Origin: Candidatus Woykebacteria bacterium RBG_13_40_15
GTDB lineage: Bacteria > Patescibacteriota > Microgenomatia > Woykebacterales > RBG-16-39-9b
Assembly (NCBI GenBank): GCA_001816655.1
Contig: MHCP01000025.1
Span: 78,428 to 142,427, forward strand
Length of the DNA stretch: 64,000 nucleotides
Direction of reading: 5' to 3'
Position 1 is the stretch's first letter, and every line of letters starts with the position of its first letter. Positions 24,968 to 34,618 of the stretch are shown here, in pieces. A model generated the notes under the pieces. That model searched no databases. It saw only the letters and a list, made by a program, of their open reading frames with translations, and was not told the origin of the DNA. The position numbers and the translations under genes are program-made.

Positions 24968-25133
24968 AAAAACCTATTTTTATCCTACCCCTAGTTTTGG
25001 TTTGCTTGGTGTTTGGTTCACCATTCGTTTTGTAATTGGTGGTAACAAGGACACTTGGCTTTGCCAAAATGGGCAGTGGGTCCAACATGGCCACCCCAAC
25101 GCCCACAAGTGAATGTAAGTAATCTCTATTTTT

Positions 25134-25188
25134 GATATAATTTACGCATAGCGGAAATTATACATCTAGCGAAGCTAGTTATATAATT
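25134..25188. promoter_or_regulatory. Inverted copy of the 59-bp tRNA-upstream element, preceding the tRNA-Arg(TCT) region
   Basis: gatataatttacgcatagcggaaattatacatctagcgaagctagttatataatt, with TTATAC-17-TATAAT about 8 nt before the first tRNA-like sequence. Confidence 0.55.
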
Positions 25189-25195
25189 TAATAAG

Positions 25196-25416
25196 TGGCT
25201 TGTAGCTCAATCGGATAGCAAGCTAAAGCTTGCTGCGACCACTTACGTGGACTAAGATCAACAAATAATTTAAAATCGAGACCGAGCCCCTGTAGCTCAA
25301 CCCCGATATAATCGGGGTCAATTGGATAGCACGCTTTATAACTAAATATTCTTCGCTAATCGCTTGAAGATTTAGATATTCTCGCGTGCTGCGACCACTA
25401 CGTGGGCTAGGAGCAG
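25196..25416 (+). pseudogene. Degenerate tRNA-Arg-derived fragments and structured leader
   Basis: GGCTTGTAGCTCAATCGGATAG (25196-) and GCCCCTGTAGCTCAA[CCCCGATATAATCGGGG]TCAATTGGATAGCACGC (25297-) copy the first 25-27 nt of the downstream tRNA-Arg. A 24-nt motif GCTGCGACCAC(T)TACGTGGRCTAAG occurs twice (about 25237 and 25389). Hairpins GCAAGC-TAAA-GCTTGC and GCACGC...GCGTGC are present. Confidence 0.45.
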
Positions 25417-25493
25417 GCGCTTGTAGCTCAATTGGATAGAGCAGCTCCCTTCTAAGGAGCAGGTTGTGAGTTCAAGTCTCACCAAGCGCGCCA
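25417..25493 (+). tRNA. tRNA-Arg (anticodon TCT)
   Basis: Acceptor GCGCTTG/CAAGCGC, D arm GCTC/GAGC, anticodon stem GCTCC/GGAGC with loop CTTCTAA, T arm GTGAG-TTCAAGT-CTCAC, CCA encoded. Confidence 0.85.
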
Positions 25494-25531
25494 TGAGACT
25501 TTATTATTAAATTACCTAAAAGGAGGTAAAA

Positions 25532-26188
25532 ATGCCTAGAGTATTAAAGTGGTCGCTCGTAGTTTTAATTATCATCCTCGTAGGTGTCGGAGGTTTCTTT
25601 GCGGGTAAATTCTACTGGCAAAGGTCTGATAAAGACACTGATAATTCAAGTCAGAACCAGTCTACATCTTCAGCAAAAAAATCAAGCAACGAGCAAGCCG
25701 CAGCAGAAGCAGAAGGTTGCTGGAAAGAGTATAAAAACCAACCGGTTGGTTACTCCCTAAAATACCCTTGTGATTGGACTCTCACCGAAACCAATGAGTT
25801 CAGCGAAACTATAGGGATGAATGTAAAATATGTCACCATAAAGACTCCCGACAATAAATACTTTCTTTTCTGGGGCTATAAAAAGAGTGCGGAAGCTGGC
25901 TTCACAAACAACGATCGAACAGGAATTGGAGCTGGAGATTTTGTAAATCAGCCAGCTATGGCTTTCAATATCTTGGGAGTAAATGTTGTCCCAAAGCAAT
26001 TGGTCTACCAAGGAAAGGTAAAGGAATATTTCTATGAACAGCCGCAAGCTGGAGTCGCTCAATGCGCCTGTAACTTTATAGGAATGTTCAGTTACAACCA
26101 GAGTCAGGATTACGATGCACTAGATATGACTAACCTAAATTACGTAACAACAGTAAAACAAATTCTGCAATCTGTTCAAAAAATCTAG
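25532..26188 (+). CDS. hypothetical secreted/membrane-anchored protein
   Basis: N-terminal TM helix, a Ser/Gln-rich linker, and no recognised motif. Confidence 0.5.
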   Translation: MPRVLKWSLVVLIIILVGVGGFFAGKFYWQRSDKDTDNSSQNQSTSSAKKSSNEQAAAEAEGCWKEYKNQPVGYSLKYPCDWTLTETNEFSETIGMNVKYVTIKTPDNKYFLFWGYKKSAEAGFTNNDRTGIGAGDFVNQPAMAFNILGVNVVPKQLVYQGKVKEYFYEQPQAGVAQCACNFIGMFSYNQSQDYDALDMTNLNYVTTVKQILQSVQKI

Positions 26189-26228
26189 CTAAGTAGTGGA
26201 ATTTTTGTTAAAATAGGCCCTTGCAAGT

Positions 26229-26303
26229 GGGCCCGTAGCTCAACGGTAGAGCAATTGCCTCTTAAGCAATCGGTTGAGAGTTCGAATCTCTCCGGGCTCA
26301 CCA
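26229..26303 (+). tRNA. tRNA-Lys (anticodon CTT)
   Basis: Acceptor GGGCCCG/CGGGCTC (one G-U), anticodon stem ATTGC/GCAAT with loop CTCTTAA, T arm GAGAG-TTCGAAT-CTCTC, CCA encoded. Confidence 0.85.
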
Positions 26304-26306
26304 AAT

Positions 26307-26558
26307 TTATTCCCTCTCAACCGTAATCGTGCATTCGGCTATCAAGGCGGCGATGGCACCGACGGCGGCTAACACAGGGGCGATCACGGCGCCGACTACA
26401 CCAACCGTAAGGGGAAATTCGGCAATTGTTTTGCCTTCTTTACTAGTGATAATGATGCGACGGACATTGCCTTCTTTTATTAACTCCCTGACCTTTTCAA
26501 CCACCTCTTTACCAGTTACCCTAAAAGATTCGTGACTATTTTCTTTTGTAGTTGCCAT
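26307..26558 (-). CDS. hypothetical small protein (83 aa) with a C-terminal hydrophobic segment
   Basis: ORF with an Ala/Val-rich C-terminus. It ends 4 nt upstream of the substrate-binding-protein gene start. Confidence 0.4.
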   Translation of the reverse strand: MATTKENSHESFRVTGKEVVEKVRELIKEGNVRRIIITSKEGKTIAEFPLTVGVVGAVIAPVLAAVGAIAALIAECTITVERE

Positions 26559-26562
26559 ACAT

Positions 26563-28182
26563 TTACCTCCTTTCGGGAAAGATTATATCAAAAAGGCCAC
26601 TTTTTATTTGCCACTTATTAATTGAGTTAAATCTATCAGACGGTATTGAAAAGTCTTTGAAATCTATTCCGAAGACTTTTTTCGAAACTACCCAAGTATA
26701 TGTTGGGTAATAAAGAAATATCGCCGGCTCCTCGTCTAAAAGCAGGGTGGTAAACAATTTATAGCGTTCGGCTCTAAATTTTTCATCCGTACTCTTCCTG
26801 GTATCCTCCAAGATTTTATCCAGTTTTGGACTTGAAATACCGGTTATATTTGCGGCCTGTACCTGAGTTGTATGCCAAAGCACATACTGATCTGGGTCAG
26901 ACGAAATATCCTGAAAATTCACTAAAACTTGAAAATTCCTATTTGGCAAAATTACACTCCTAAGGGCGTTGACATCAACAAACTCTGTTTTAACTTTTAA
27001 ACCAAGGTTCGACCAAGAATCTTTAACCAGATTAACAATTGAGTTCAACTCCGGATCGTCAATACTGGTAATTTTCAAAGTAAATTCCCTTCCGTCTTTC
27101 TTCCAGGTATCTTTCTCAAATTTATATTTGTTATTTTCTAAAAGCTCTTTTGCTCTATCTAAGTTGAAGGGGTAGCGTTCCTTTTTTTCGTTAATAGGGG
27201 ACAAAAGCGGTAGTTCATTTTGTGAAATTACTGAAGTCGTTCCACCAGCAGCCTTCCATATCGCTTCTTTATTTAGAGCGTAAGATAAAGCTTGTCTTAT
27301 TTCTTTGGTTTTCAAAGGATTCCCTCTTACATTGAAAAAGATTACAGCTTCCCTATACGGTAGTGGAGACTCATAAAAGTTCTCGCCACCAAAATTTTTT
27401 ATACTTCCAAGCTCCTGGGGGCTTAAGCCTCCTAAAGCATGTATCTCTCCTAATTTGAGGGCTGTTTTCGCATCTGAAATCGTTTTATAAAATTTGAAAA
27501 CTAAATTAAATTTATCGTTTGTTAATACAACTTGGTCTTTCGTGATTTTTTTTACAGAAAAGGGCCCAGTTCCAACCGGCCTGTATTTTTTGAGGGGAAC
27601 ATGTGAAGGAATAATTCCAATCGTCGTTGTATATGGAAAAGGTGCAAACGCTTCTTTTAATTTGAACTTAACTTTGTAGTCGTCAATTTTCTCTATCAGC
27701 ACATCTTTAAAGTTATTCGAGACTGGGCTATTAAAATTTGGGTTTTGGGTTAGCTTCACAGTATACAGCACGTCATCACTGGTAAATTTCACGTTGTCTT
27801 GCCAATACACATCCTTTCTTAAGTTAAACACATACTCTGTGTCGGATGTTTGCTTGAAACTTTCTGCAAGATCAGGAACTAATTTGCCATCTTTTCCTAG
27901 CTTTGTAAGCCCCCTAAAAACTAGGCTGCTAATATCTTTTTGGGTCTCAGTGATATCGGAAAGCGGATTTGGGTGAGTAGGCTTCCCTACTACCCCTTCA
28001 ACAAACGACGGTTTTTTAAATTCCTTGTAGGCTTCGGCTACTTTGGGAATAGCTAGCGGCAGTAAGATCCGAATTGCAAAGATAACTAAAAGCAGTCCAA
28101 TAAAACTATAACTAATTTTTTTCCTGTTTCTGGCAATCAAAACTCGGAGTAACGAAAGATAAAAGCGGATCTTTTTAAGCAT
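26563..28182 (-). CDS. ABC transporter substrate-binding protein, family 5 (peptide/nickel OppA/DppA-like)
   Basis: A 539-aa protein with an N-terminal signal anchor and the overall family-5 SBP pattern. No cognate permease genes are adjacent. Confidence 0.7.
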   Translation of the reverse strand: MLKKIRFYLSLLRVLIARNRKKISYSFIGLLLVIFAIRILLPLAIPKVAEAYKEFKKPSFVEGVVGKPTHPNPLSDITETQKDISSLVFRGLTKLGKDGKLVPDLAESFKQTSDTEYVFNLRKDVYWQDNVKFTSDDVLYTVKLTQNPNFNSPVSNNFKDVLIEKIDDYKVKFKLKEAFAPFPYTTTIGIIPSHVPLKKYRPVGTGPFSVKKITKDQVVLTNDKFNLVFKFYKTISDAKTALKLGEIHALGGLSPQELGSIKNFGGENFYESPLPYREAVIFFNVRGNPLKTKEIRQALSYALNKEAIWKAAGGTTSVISQNELPLLSPINEKKERYPFNLDRAKELLENNKYKFEKDTWKKDGREFTLKITSIDDPELNSIVNLVKDSWSNLGLKVKTEFVDVNALRSVILPNRNFQVLVNFQDISSDPDQYVLWHTTQVQAANITGISSPKLDKILEDTRKSTDEKFRAERYKLFTTLLLDEEPAIFLYYPTYTWVVSKKVFGIDFKDFSIPSDRFNSINKWQIKSGLFDIIFPERR

Positions 28183-28187
28183 AACAG

Positions 28188-28406
28188 TTACTGGACAAAT
28201 ATTAGTCCAAAGGCAATAGCCGAAAAGAGAATCACGAGAAGTATGGTCAAATAATGCAGAATTTTTTCAAAACCTCGTCTTGTTCTATAAACTTCCGTCC
28301 CCCCGCCAAATATTGCTCCCGCCCCACCACTTCGAGGTTGAAATAAAATAGCAGTAACGATTGAAATTGAAATCCCTATAAGTAAAACGAGTAAAATCGA
28401 TTTCAT
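28188..28406 (-). CDS. secG: preprotein translocase subunit SecG
   Basis: A 72-aa, two-TM protein: MKSILLVLLIGISISIVTAILFQPRSGGAGAIFGGG...FEKILHYLTILLVILFSAIAF. The Gly-rich loop between TMs is typical of SecG. The start was trimmed from the ORF track. Confidence 0.6.
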   Translation of the reverse strand: MKSILLVLLIGISISIVTAILFQPRSGGAGAIFGGGTEVYRTRRGFEKILHYLTILLVILFSAIAFGLIFVQ

Positions 28407-28450
28407 ACAAGGACCACATTTTACCACAAGGGAAGGGGTGCTGCAAACCG

Positions 28451-28846
28451 CTAAACAAAAAGCCAAAAAAAGAAACTGGCTAGAAAACTCAAAATTATAG
28501 AAGCGGCCAGAGCACTAAAAAACGGTGTGAGTTCAAGTGACGTCTGTATTCCTAGCCAAGTAATTCCAGAAAACTGGAAACCAATTATTTGAAAATTAGG
28601 CACCAGAAGTGCCAGCAAATATAAAACTATTACGTTTACTAGTAAGCTAAATAGACCAAAGGTAAATAGATTAAAGGGAATGGAAAATATCTTTAAAATC
28701 GGGCGCACAAAAAGATATAAAACAATATAGATACCGGTTGCCAAAGCTATAGACTCGGGAGTCTTAAAGGAAAAACCAGGATAAAAAGTAGCTAGGAGAA
28801 AGAAAGCAACCCCGATGAAAACTGCGGATCGTAGTTTTTTCTTCAT
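28451..28846 (-). CDS. DUF360/YvlD-like four-TM membrane protein (phage holin superfamily IV-like)
   Basis: VRPILKIFSIPFNLFTFGLFSLLVNVIVLYLLALLVPNFQIIGF resembles the (N..irPil..lslPl.iLTlGlf.lvvN) core. Confidence 0.5.
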   Translation of the reverse strand: MKKKLRSAVFIGVAFFLLATFYPGFSFKTPESIALATGIYIVLYLFVRPILKIFSIPFNLFTFGLFSLLVNVIVLYLLALLVPNFQIIGFQFSGITWLGIQTSLELTPFFSALAASIILSFLASFFFWLFV

Positions 28847-28864
28847 TAATTATAGCTTAACAAA

Positions 28865-30115
28865 CTAATTTTTATCCGTCAAAAACTGCTTCCCTCGCAA
28901 CTTTCTGTGGTAGCTAATAGCGAACCTATGAGCTTCGTCCCTCAATCTTTGAATTAACTTTAAAGCATCGCTATTTCTTGGCAAGATTAGAGGTTTACTT
29001 ATAATAGGTAAATATATCTGTTCAAATTTTTTTGCTAGAGAAATTACCTTACCGCTGAAACCTATCTTTTTAACTACTTTTAAGGTGGTATTTAATTGTG
29101 TTTTCCCCCCATCAACAACAATTAGATCCGGGGTGGGCCATTTGTTTTTAAATCGTCTTTCCAAAACCTCGTCAAGCATTGCTATATCACTTATTCCCCT
29201 TATAGTTTTTATTCTAAATCTGCGATATTCATTCTTGTCAGGCTCACCATTCGTAAAAACAATCATTGATCCGGTAGCTTGCTTTCCAAAAAGATTCGAT
29301 ACATCGTAACTCTCTATACGGACCGGTTTGCTGGCCATTCCAATATTTTTTGCAAGATCCAAAAGTTCCCTGTCATGAATATCACCAATTTCTTCTTCCA
29401 AATACTCGCTAGGATTGCGAGTTGGCCTAGTAATGTAAGAAACAGCTTCTATTTTATTTTTTATCTCCGAAGCTTTTTCATATTCCAACCGTTTCGAGTA
29501 GATTCCAAGCTCCCTATTTAACTTGCTTAAAACTTCCTTTTTCCTCCCTTGAAGAAAAAGTTTAAGCGAGGCAATTGTTTTCTTGTACTCTTTTTCGCTT
29601 ATTTTTCCAACACAAACGCCAGGACAAAGACCCAAGTGGTAACCTAAGCAAGCTCTTTTCATGCCCGGCTTACAATGAATTGAAAAAGGAAATATTTTTC
29701 TTAAGGCTTTCAAGGTCTCACGGACTTTATTTACGGAAGGAAAAGGACCAAAATAAATCTTTGCGTTCCCCAAATCCTTCTTTCTCGCCGTCAAGACTTG
29801 AGGAAATTGATCATTTGTAATTTTTATGTAGAGATAATCCTTATCATCTTTTAACTGAGAATTAAATGCAGGCTTGTATTTTTTTATTAAATTCGCTTCT
29901 AATAGTAAGGCTTCTATTTCTGAGTCAACTAAAATATCTTCAATTTTTTTTGTTTTTTCAATCAATGCTCCTTGCCGGTAGTTTGCGTCTTTCAAATCGA
30001 AATGATTCTTAACCCTCTTCTTAATATTTATTGCCTTACCGATGTAAATCGGCTTACCGCTGCCATCTCTAAAAATGTAGACGCCTGTTTTTTGTGGCAG
30101 TAAATTCAGTTGCAT
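28865..30115 (-). CDS. uvrC: excinuclease ABC subunit C (short form lacking C-terminal HhH)
   Basis: An N-terminal GIY-YIG domain (GVYIFRD...PIYIGKA...NH), a UvrBC region and a Cys cluster, then the RNase H-like endonuclease domain. It is 416 aa versus about 600 for canonical UvrC. Confidence 0.75.
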   Translation of the reverse strand: MQLNLLPQKTGVYIFRDGSGKPIYIGKAINIKKRVKNHFDLKDANYRQGALIEKTKKIEDILVDSEIEALLLEANLIKKYKPAFNSQLKDDKDYLYIKITNDQFPQVLTARKKDLGNAKIYFGPFPSVNKVRETLKALRKIFPFSIHCKPGMKRACLGYHLGLCPGVCVGKISEKEYKKTIASLKLFLQGRKKEVLSKLNRELGIYSKRLEYEKASEIKNKIEAVSYITRPTRNPSEYLEEEIGDIHDRELLDLAKNIGMASKPVRIESYDVSNLFGKQATGSMIVFTNGEPDKNEYRRFRIKTIRGISDIAMLDEVLERRFKNKWPTPDLIVVDGGKTQLNTTLKVVKKIGFSGKVISLAKKFEQIYLPIISKPLILPRNSDALKLIQRLRDEAHRFAISYHRKLRGKQFLTDKN

Positions 30116-30143
30116 GGGGATATTTTAGCACGCACGGACTAAT

Positions 30144-32030
30144 TTACTCGCGGATTTTCAGAAACCTTGGGGCGAGGACACCAAAAACTAGTAGAACGAT
30201 TATCGATATTAGAAAGGCCTGCCGGGGGCCAAAACTGAAAAGTGAGGCAATTTTAATATCATTTTCTTTAGAAATCTCTAAATTTGATCCACCTGCGCTG
30301 CCTTCAAGAACAACTTTGAAAACCGCCTCACTACTCTTAAAAATATCTCCACCACGGGCTTTGATTTTTATTATTTTTTTCTCAAGTGGTAAAAGTACCC
30401 CAACGCTAACCTTTTTATCTCCAAGCAAACTTAATTTTTGCAATTCCAAATTTAATTGGATATCCGTTATAGCCACACCAGATTTATTGTCTAAAACAAC
30501 TTCTAAATCGATTGGAAACCCTGAAACTGGGTGGTTTGTATTTAAAATTACATCTACCTTTGGGTTAAAATTGTAGTTTTTTTCGCTGTAGGAAGATTTA
30601 ATACTTTGATTTGTAATTGAAAAATTTTTAAGATTATCTACCCCTACTACGGAATCAGAGAAAAATAAGGAAAAACGATCCGGCAATATTTTTCCATAGT
30701 AATCCGCTCCTGAAGTATCCCCCCATGTTGGATCGATATCCAACCAGGTTTTCTTTTTTGAGTCGTAAAATTGAGCCCAAACATGTAAATTTTCGCTGCG
30801 GAGCGGCTTTCCCACAAATAGTGGTTTTAGCGAAGCGTCGTTTGAAATAGCAACCCCAAAAACTTCTCTGGTTGGGTAACCCGCGGCCCTAAGAAGCGCA
30901 GTAAGTAAATCAACATAATCGAGGTTTGAAGCGTACATCCCTTTCTGTAAAAGCACCTTCGCACCGGTCCTTTCAATCTTACTACTCTTCCCAGCGTTTG
31001 TATCATACGAAAGGTGACTGATCACGAAATTGTAAATATCTCGCGGGCTTTTTAATTCCTTTGCCTTTTCCTGAATGAGACGATCTTGAACCTGAACAAA
31101 CTCACTTTCCTTTTTAAGGTTGTATAGTTCCTCGGATGAAAAAACCTTTGCGGGATTAAATTGCTTACTTTCTCCAACAACTCTTACAATACCTTCTATA
31201 TTTACTTCTTGATATCGTCCTGGACCAACAGAGTATTGAAAAATATAGTTGCCTAAGCTGTCCATAGTTGTTTTTGTCGGTTTTGGATCGATTTTGTTAA
31301 TTAAAACCTGCTGTTTTTCTGTATCTGGAGGGACTGGAATAAAGAAATTTTTTGTCAGAAATTGTGAGTTTTTCAAAGGAATTTTGAATTTAAAATTAAT
31401 CTGTTGATACGTACCGAAACTAGCCAGAATACCTTGCCCATTAAGTACCTCCTTTCCAAATTCCAAAATTATTTTATCACCCGTCTTGCTCTGTGATTTT
31501 GGGCTCGGTAAAACAGAAAAAACATCTCCCAGGGATGCCGGCGCAGATATAACCAGATTGTAATCTGTAATCTTTTCGCTCGTAACAACCATGGGGGCTA
31601 CAACACTCCAAATAAGACCGTTTTTTTGAACAAAATTTTCGATTGTATAACCCAATTTGAAACTAGCCATCTTTCCAACACCAATTACTTCATCGTTTAG
31701 ATTTGCTGTCAAAACTGTTGAAGAATCTTTATTCTCTGCCTTGACACTAATTGGGCCAATTGAATCCTCGCCAGAAGCGTTCTTAACTTTCGTCGTGTTT
31801 ACAGCGACAGAATATTCTGAAACGAAGCATTCCTTACTTAAGTTTTTTAAATCTACTTTTTGTTCAACAATCACCGATTTGTCAGTTTGAACATCGAACC
31901 TAATGTTGTAGGAACTAGAAAAAAGGTCGGCCGGCCTACTACAGTCTGCAGAAAATGCTTTTGAAAAAAATGGGAAAGCGACGCTAAAAGAAAATACAAA
32001 TATTAAGCAGATAGAAAGAATTCTCTTCAT
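30144..32030 (-). CDS. secreted transglutaminase-like domain protein
   Basis: Signal peptide, with the transglutaminase-like core near LLTALLRAAGYPTREVFGV...HVWAQFYD (the C...H...D arrangement). Confidence 0.5.
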   Translation of the reverse strand: MKRILSICLIFVFSFSVAFPFFSKAFSADCSRPADLFSSSYNIRFDVQTDKSVIVEQKVDLKNLSKECFVSEYSVAVNTTKVKNASGEDSIGPISVKAENKDSSTVLTANLNDEVIGVGKMASFKLGYTIENFVQKNGLIWSVVAPMVVTSEKITDYNLVISAPASLGDVFSVLPSPKSQSKTGDKIILEFGKEVLNGQGILASFGTYQQINFKFKIPLKNSQFLTKNFFIPVPPDTEKQQVLINKIDPKPTKTTMDSLGNYIFQYSVGPGRYQEVNIEGIVRVVGESKQFNPAKVFSSEELYNLKKESEFVQVQDRLIQEKAKELKSPRDIYNFVISHLSYDTNAGKSSKIERTGAKVLLQKGMYASNLDYVDLLTALLRAAGYPTREVFGVAISNDASLKPLFVGKPLRSENLHVWAQFYDSKKKTWLDIDPTWGDTSGADYYGKILPDRFSLFFSDSVVGVDNLKNFSITNQSIKSSYSEKNYNFNPKVDVILNTNHPVSGFPIDLEVVLDNKSGVAITDIQLNLELQKLSLLGDKKVSVGVLLPLEKKIIKIKARGGDIFKSSEAVFKVVLEGSAGGSNLEISKENDIKIASLFSFGPRQAFLISIIVLLVFGVLAPRFLKIRE

Positions 32031-32045
32031 TAAGAAGCCTTCGGA

Positions 32046-32435
32046 CTAATCTTCAACTAGCCAATCCTTAATCTTGTTAGATATACCTTCAGGGGTAAAT
32101 TGGGATTTTATCAGATATTCGTTGGCACCAAGAGTCAATCCTTTTTCTATCAGTTCTTGTTCGTCCAAGTTCGAAAGAATAATCACTGGCGTGTTTTTTG
32201 TCTTTGAAGAAGCTCTAAGCTCTTTAAGCACATCAAACCCGTCCATTCCAGGCATTTTTATATCTAGGAAGATCAGTTCTGGTTGCCCACTAAAAGCTTT
32301 ATCTAAACCGTCCCTACCGTTTTCGGCGATTTTAACATCATAACCATCCAACGAAAGTTTCAATCTGTAAAGTTCGGCTACTTCCCTTTCGTCTTCAATA
32401 AGAAGAATTTTTATTTTTTCTTCTGTTTCTCCCAT
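32046..32435 (-). CDS. response regulator receiver (CheY-like, single domain)
   Basis: KILLIEDE...D...DIKMPGMDG...K is the receiver signature. Confidence 0.8.
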   Translation of the reverse strand: MGETEEKIKILLIEDEREVAELYRLKLSLDGYDVKIAENGRDGLDKAFSGQPELIFLDIKMPGMDGFDVLKELRASSKTKNTPVIILSNLDEQELIEKGLTLGANEYLIKSQFTPEGISNKIKDWLVED

Positions 32436-32462
32436 TGTTTCCTGCCTAGTTTAGCACAAAAG

Positions 32463-34562
32463 CTACTTGTCTGCAATGAGAGGCAACGTAAAAGTAAACT
32501 TACTGCCTTTTTTAAGCTCTGATTCCGCCCATACCTTTCCGTTATGAAATTCAACAAGTGATTTAACAATGAACAGACCAAGTCCAGAACCTTTGTTTTC
32601 TTTTAAGTATGATCCTGTGGCTTGCTGAAACTTTTCAAATACCCGCGGTAGTAATTCTTGGCGAATACCTATCCCTGTATCGGAAATTTCAGTAGTAATT
32701 TCCCCGTCTTTGGCAAAAAATTCTATTTTTACGCGACCACCATCTTTTGTATATTTTATTGCATTATCAATTAAATTGACTAAAACCTGCTTTATTTTAT
32801 CTCTATCTATTAAAACTAGGTCTTGTCTCCCACTAAGTTCGTTATTCACCATTAATTTAATATTTTTTTGCTCGGCAATCGGTTTTAAGTCATTAATAAC
32901 TTCGCTAACCGTCTCTGTAAATTGAACCTTTCTAAAATTAATTTTAAGTCGGCCTTCTTCTATACGAGAAACATTTAATAAATCTTCTACAAGCTTTGTA
33001 AGTCTATTGGTTTCACTGTAGATCTTCTTTGTAACCACCATAAAGCTTTTATTATCAATTTCTCCATCGATCTTTCCAATGTCACCACTTAATAAAAGTG
33101 ATAGGTAGCCATTTATAACTGTTAAGGGAGTTCGCAACTCATGGCTCGCCAGAGAAACGAATTCACTTTTTGCTCGTTCAAGTTCTTTTATCGCCGTAAC
33201 ATCTCTGATCACACCAACTAGTTGATCGACTTTTCCTTTGTCATCGAAAATAGGAGTGTAACTAACTCCAACCCAAACCTCTCGCCCGTCTTTACAAGTG
33301 TGCAGGTGCTCTTCATAAGGAATAGCCTCCCCTGTAACTAATGCTTTAGTAACCGGATTGAATTCTGGATAATGAACGCCTCTTCGATCATGGCAGTCAA
33401 ATACTTCGTAATACGTTTTACCGATCATTTCTTTCTCAAAATAACCGCTCATTAGCTCACTTTTATCGTTGGCTTGGACAATTCTTAAGTTTCTATCAAT
33501 AATGAATATTCCCTCTTCAACATTTTCAAATATCGCCTGCCAGCGGTCTTTTTGTTTTTCAGCTTCAAAAAGCTGTTTTGTGATTTTGACCTCTTGGGTC
33601 TTCATTGTTGTCACATCCCTAAAACTTCCAAGCATACCAATAACTTCTCCAGTTGCTTTTTTAACCGGCACGTAAGTCGCCTCTAAATATCTCGGGGGGT
33701 TGGCGTGTATCTTAATTAAAATGTTAGAAACTTGTTCTCCCGAATAAACAAGTTTTTGGGTTTTCAGCGAATCGTCAAACCGTTCAGTATAATAAGAGAA
33801 GTATTTTTCTCTATTCTGAGCAATTTCCTTCCTAGGAACACCCGTAATATCACGTTTTACCCCAAATAATTTAATAAGGGCTGGATTGTATTGGATGACG
33901 CGCCCCTCCCTATCGTAAAGACCCAAGCCCTCTTTCGTACTTTTGAAAATAGTATCGAGATTTTTCTTCGCTTCCAAAAGTACATTTTCAGCTTTAATAC
34001 GCATCTTGATCTCTTTCTCAAGTAAGTTTCTGCTTTTTCTTATTTTAGCCGTCCTTATCCTAACTTTTTGCTCCAATTCATCGTGTGATTTTATCAATGC
34101 CTCTTCAGCTCTTTTACGAGCGGTAATATCTGATGCTAAGGCTAAAGCTCCTGTGAACTTTCCTTTCTCATTTTTTATTGGGGATGTAGCCAAGCTTGTG
34201 TAAATTCTTTTGCCGTTCCTTCTTATAAACTCAAAATCGTGGCTTTCTTTAATACCTAATTTTCTTCTCTCAAACTTTTTCTTAGCCTCTTTTTTCCATC
34301 TCTCGTCCATAAATTGGAAAAAGGACACACCAACCATTTCCTTTGATTTATACCCCAACATATTCGCCATTTTTTTATTAACGTAGGTAGTTATTCCCGC
34401 AGCATTAATTGTCCAGATACCCTCCTGCGCGTTATCAACAATCTGTTTGTAGTTCTTCTCTAATTCTATCAACCTTTCTTTAATAGGAACATCTTTAACC
34501 GTTTTCAATCTGCGTGAGGACTTAGTTTTATTCTTTTTATTTGGGTGGTCTGTACGAAACAT
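32463..34562 (-). CDS. multi-PAS sensor histidine kinase
   Basis: Several PAS repeats, an HisKA H-box (SHELRTPL) and an HATPase_c (DNAIKYT...DTGIGI...GSGLGL). Confidence 0.8.
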   Translation of the reverse strand: MFRTDHPNKKNKTKSSRRLKTVKDVPIKERLIELEKNYKQIVDNAQEGIWTINAAGITTYVNKKMANMLGYKSKEMVGVSFFQFMDERWKKEAKKKFERRKLGIKESHDFEFIRRNGKRIYTSLATSPIKNEKGKFTGALALASDITARKRAEEALIKSHDELEQKVRIRTAKIRKSRNLLEKEIKMRIKAENVLLEAKKNLDTIFKSTKEGLGLYDREGRVIQYNPALIKLFGVKRDITGVPRKEIAQNREKYFSYYTERFDDSLKTQKLVYSGEQVSNILIKIHANPPRYLEATYVPVKKATGEVIGMLGSFRDVTTMKTQEVKITKQLFEAEKQKDRWQAIFENVEEGIFIIDRNLRIVQANDKSELMSGYFEKEMIGKTYYEVFDCHDRRGVHYPEFNPVTKALVTGEAIPYEEHLHTCKDGREVWVGVSYTPIFDDKGKVDQLVGVIRDVTAIKELERAKSEFVSLASHELRTPLTVINGYLSLLLSGDIGKIDGEIDNKSFMVVTKKIYSETNRLTKLVEDLLNVSRIEEGRLKINFRKVQFTETVSEVINDLKPIAEQKNIKLMVNNELSGRQDLVLIDRDKIKQVLVNLIDNAIKYTKDGGRVKIEFFAKDGEITTEISDTGIGIRQELLPRVFEKFQQATGSYLKENKGSGLGLFIVKSLVEFHNGKVWAESELKKGSKFTFTLPLIADK

Positions 34563-34618
34563 ACAAGCGTCTATATAACTAATTTTAACAATAAGACTAT
34601 AAAGAAGATGTTTTAAAA

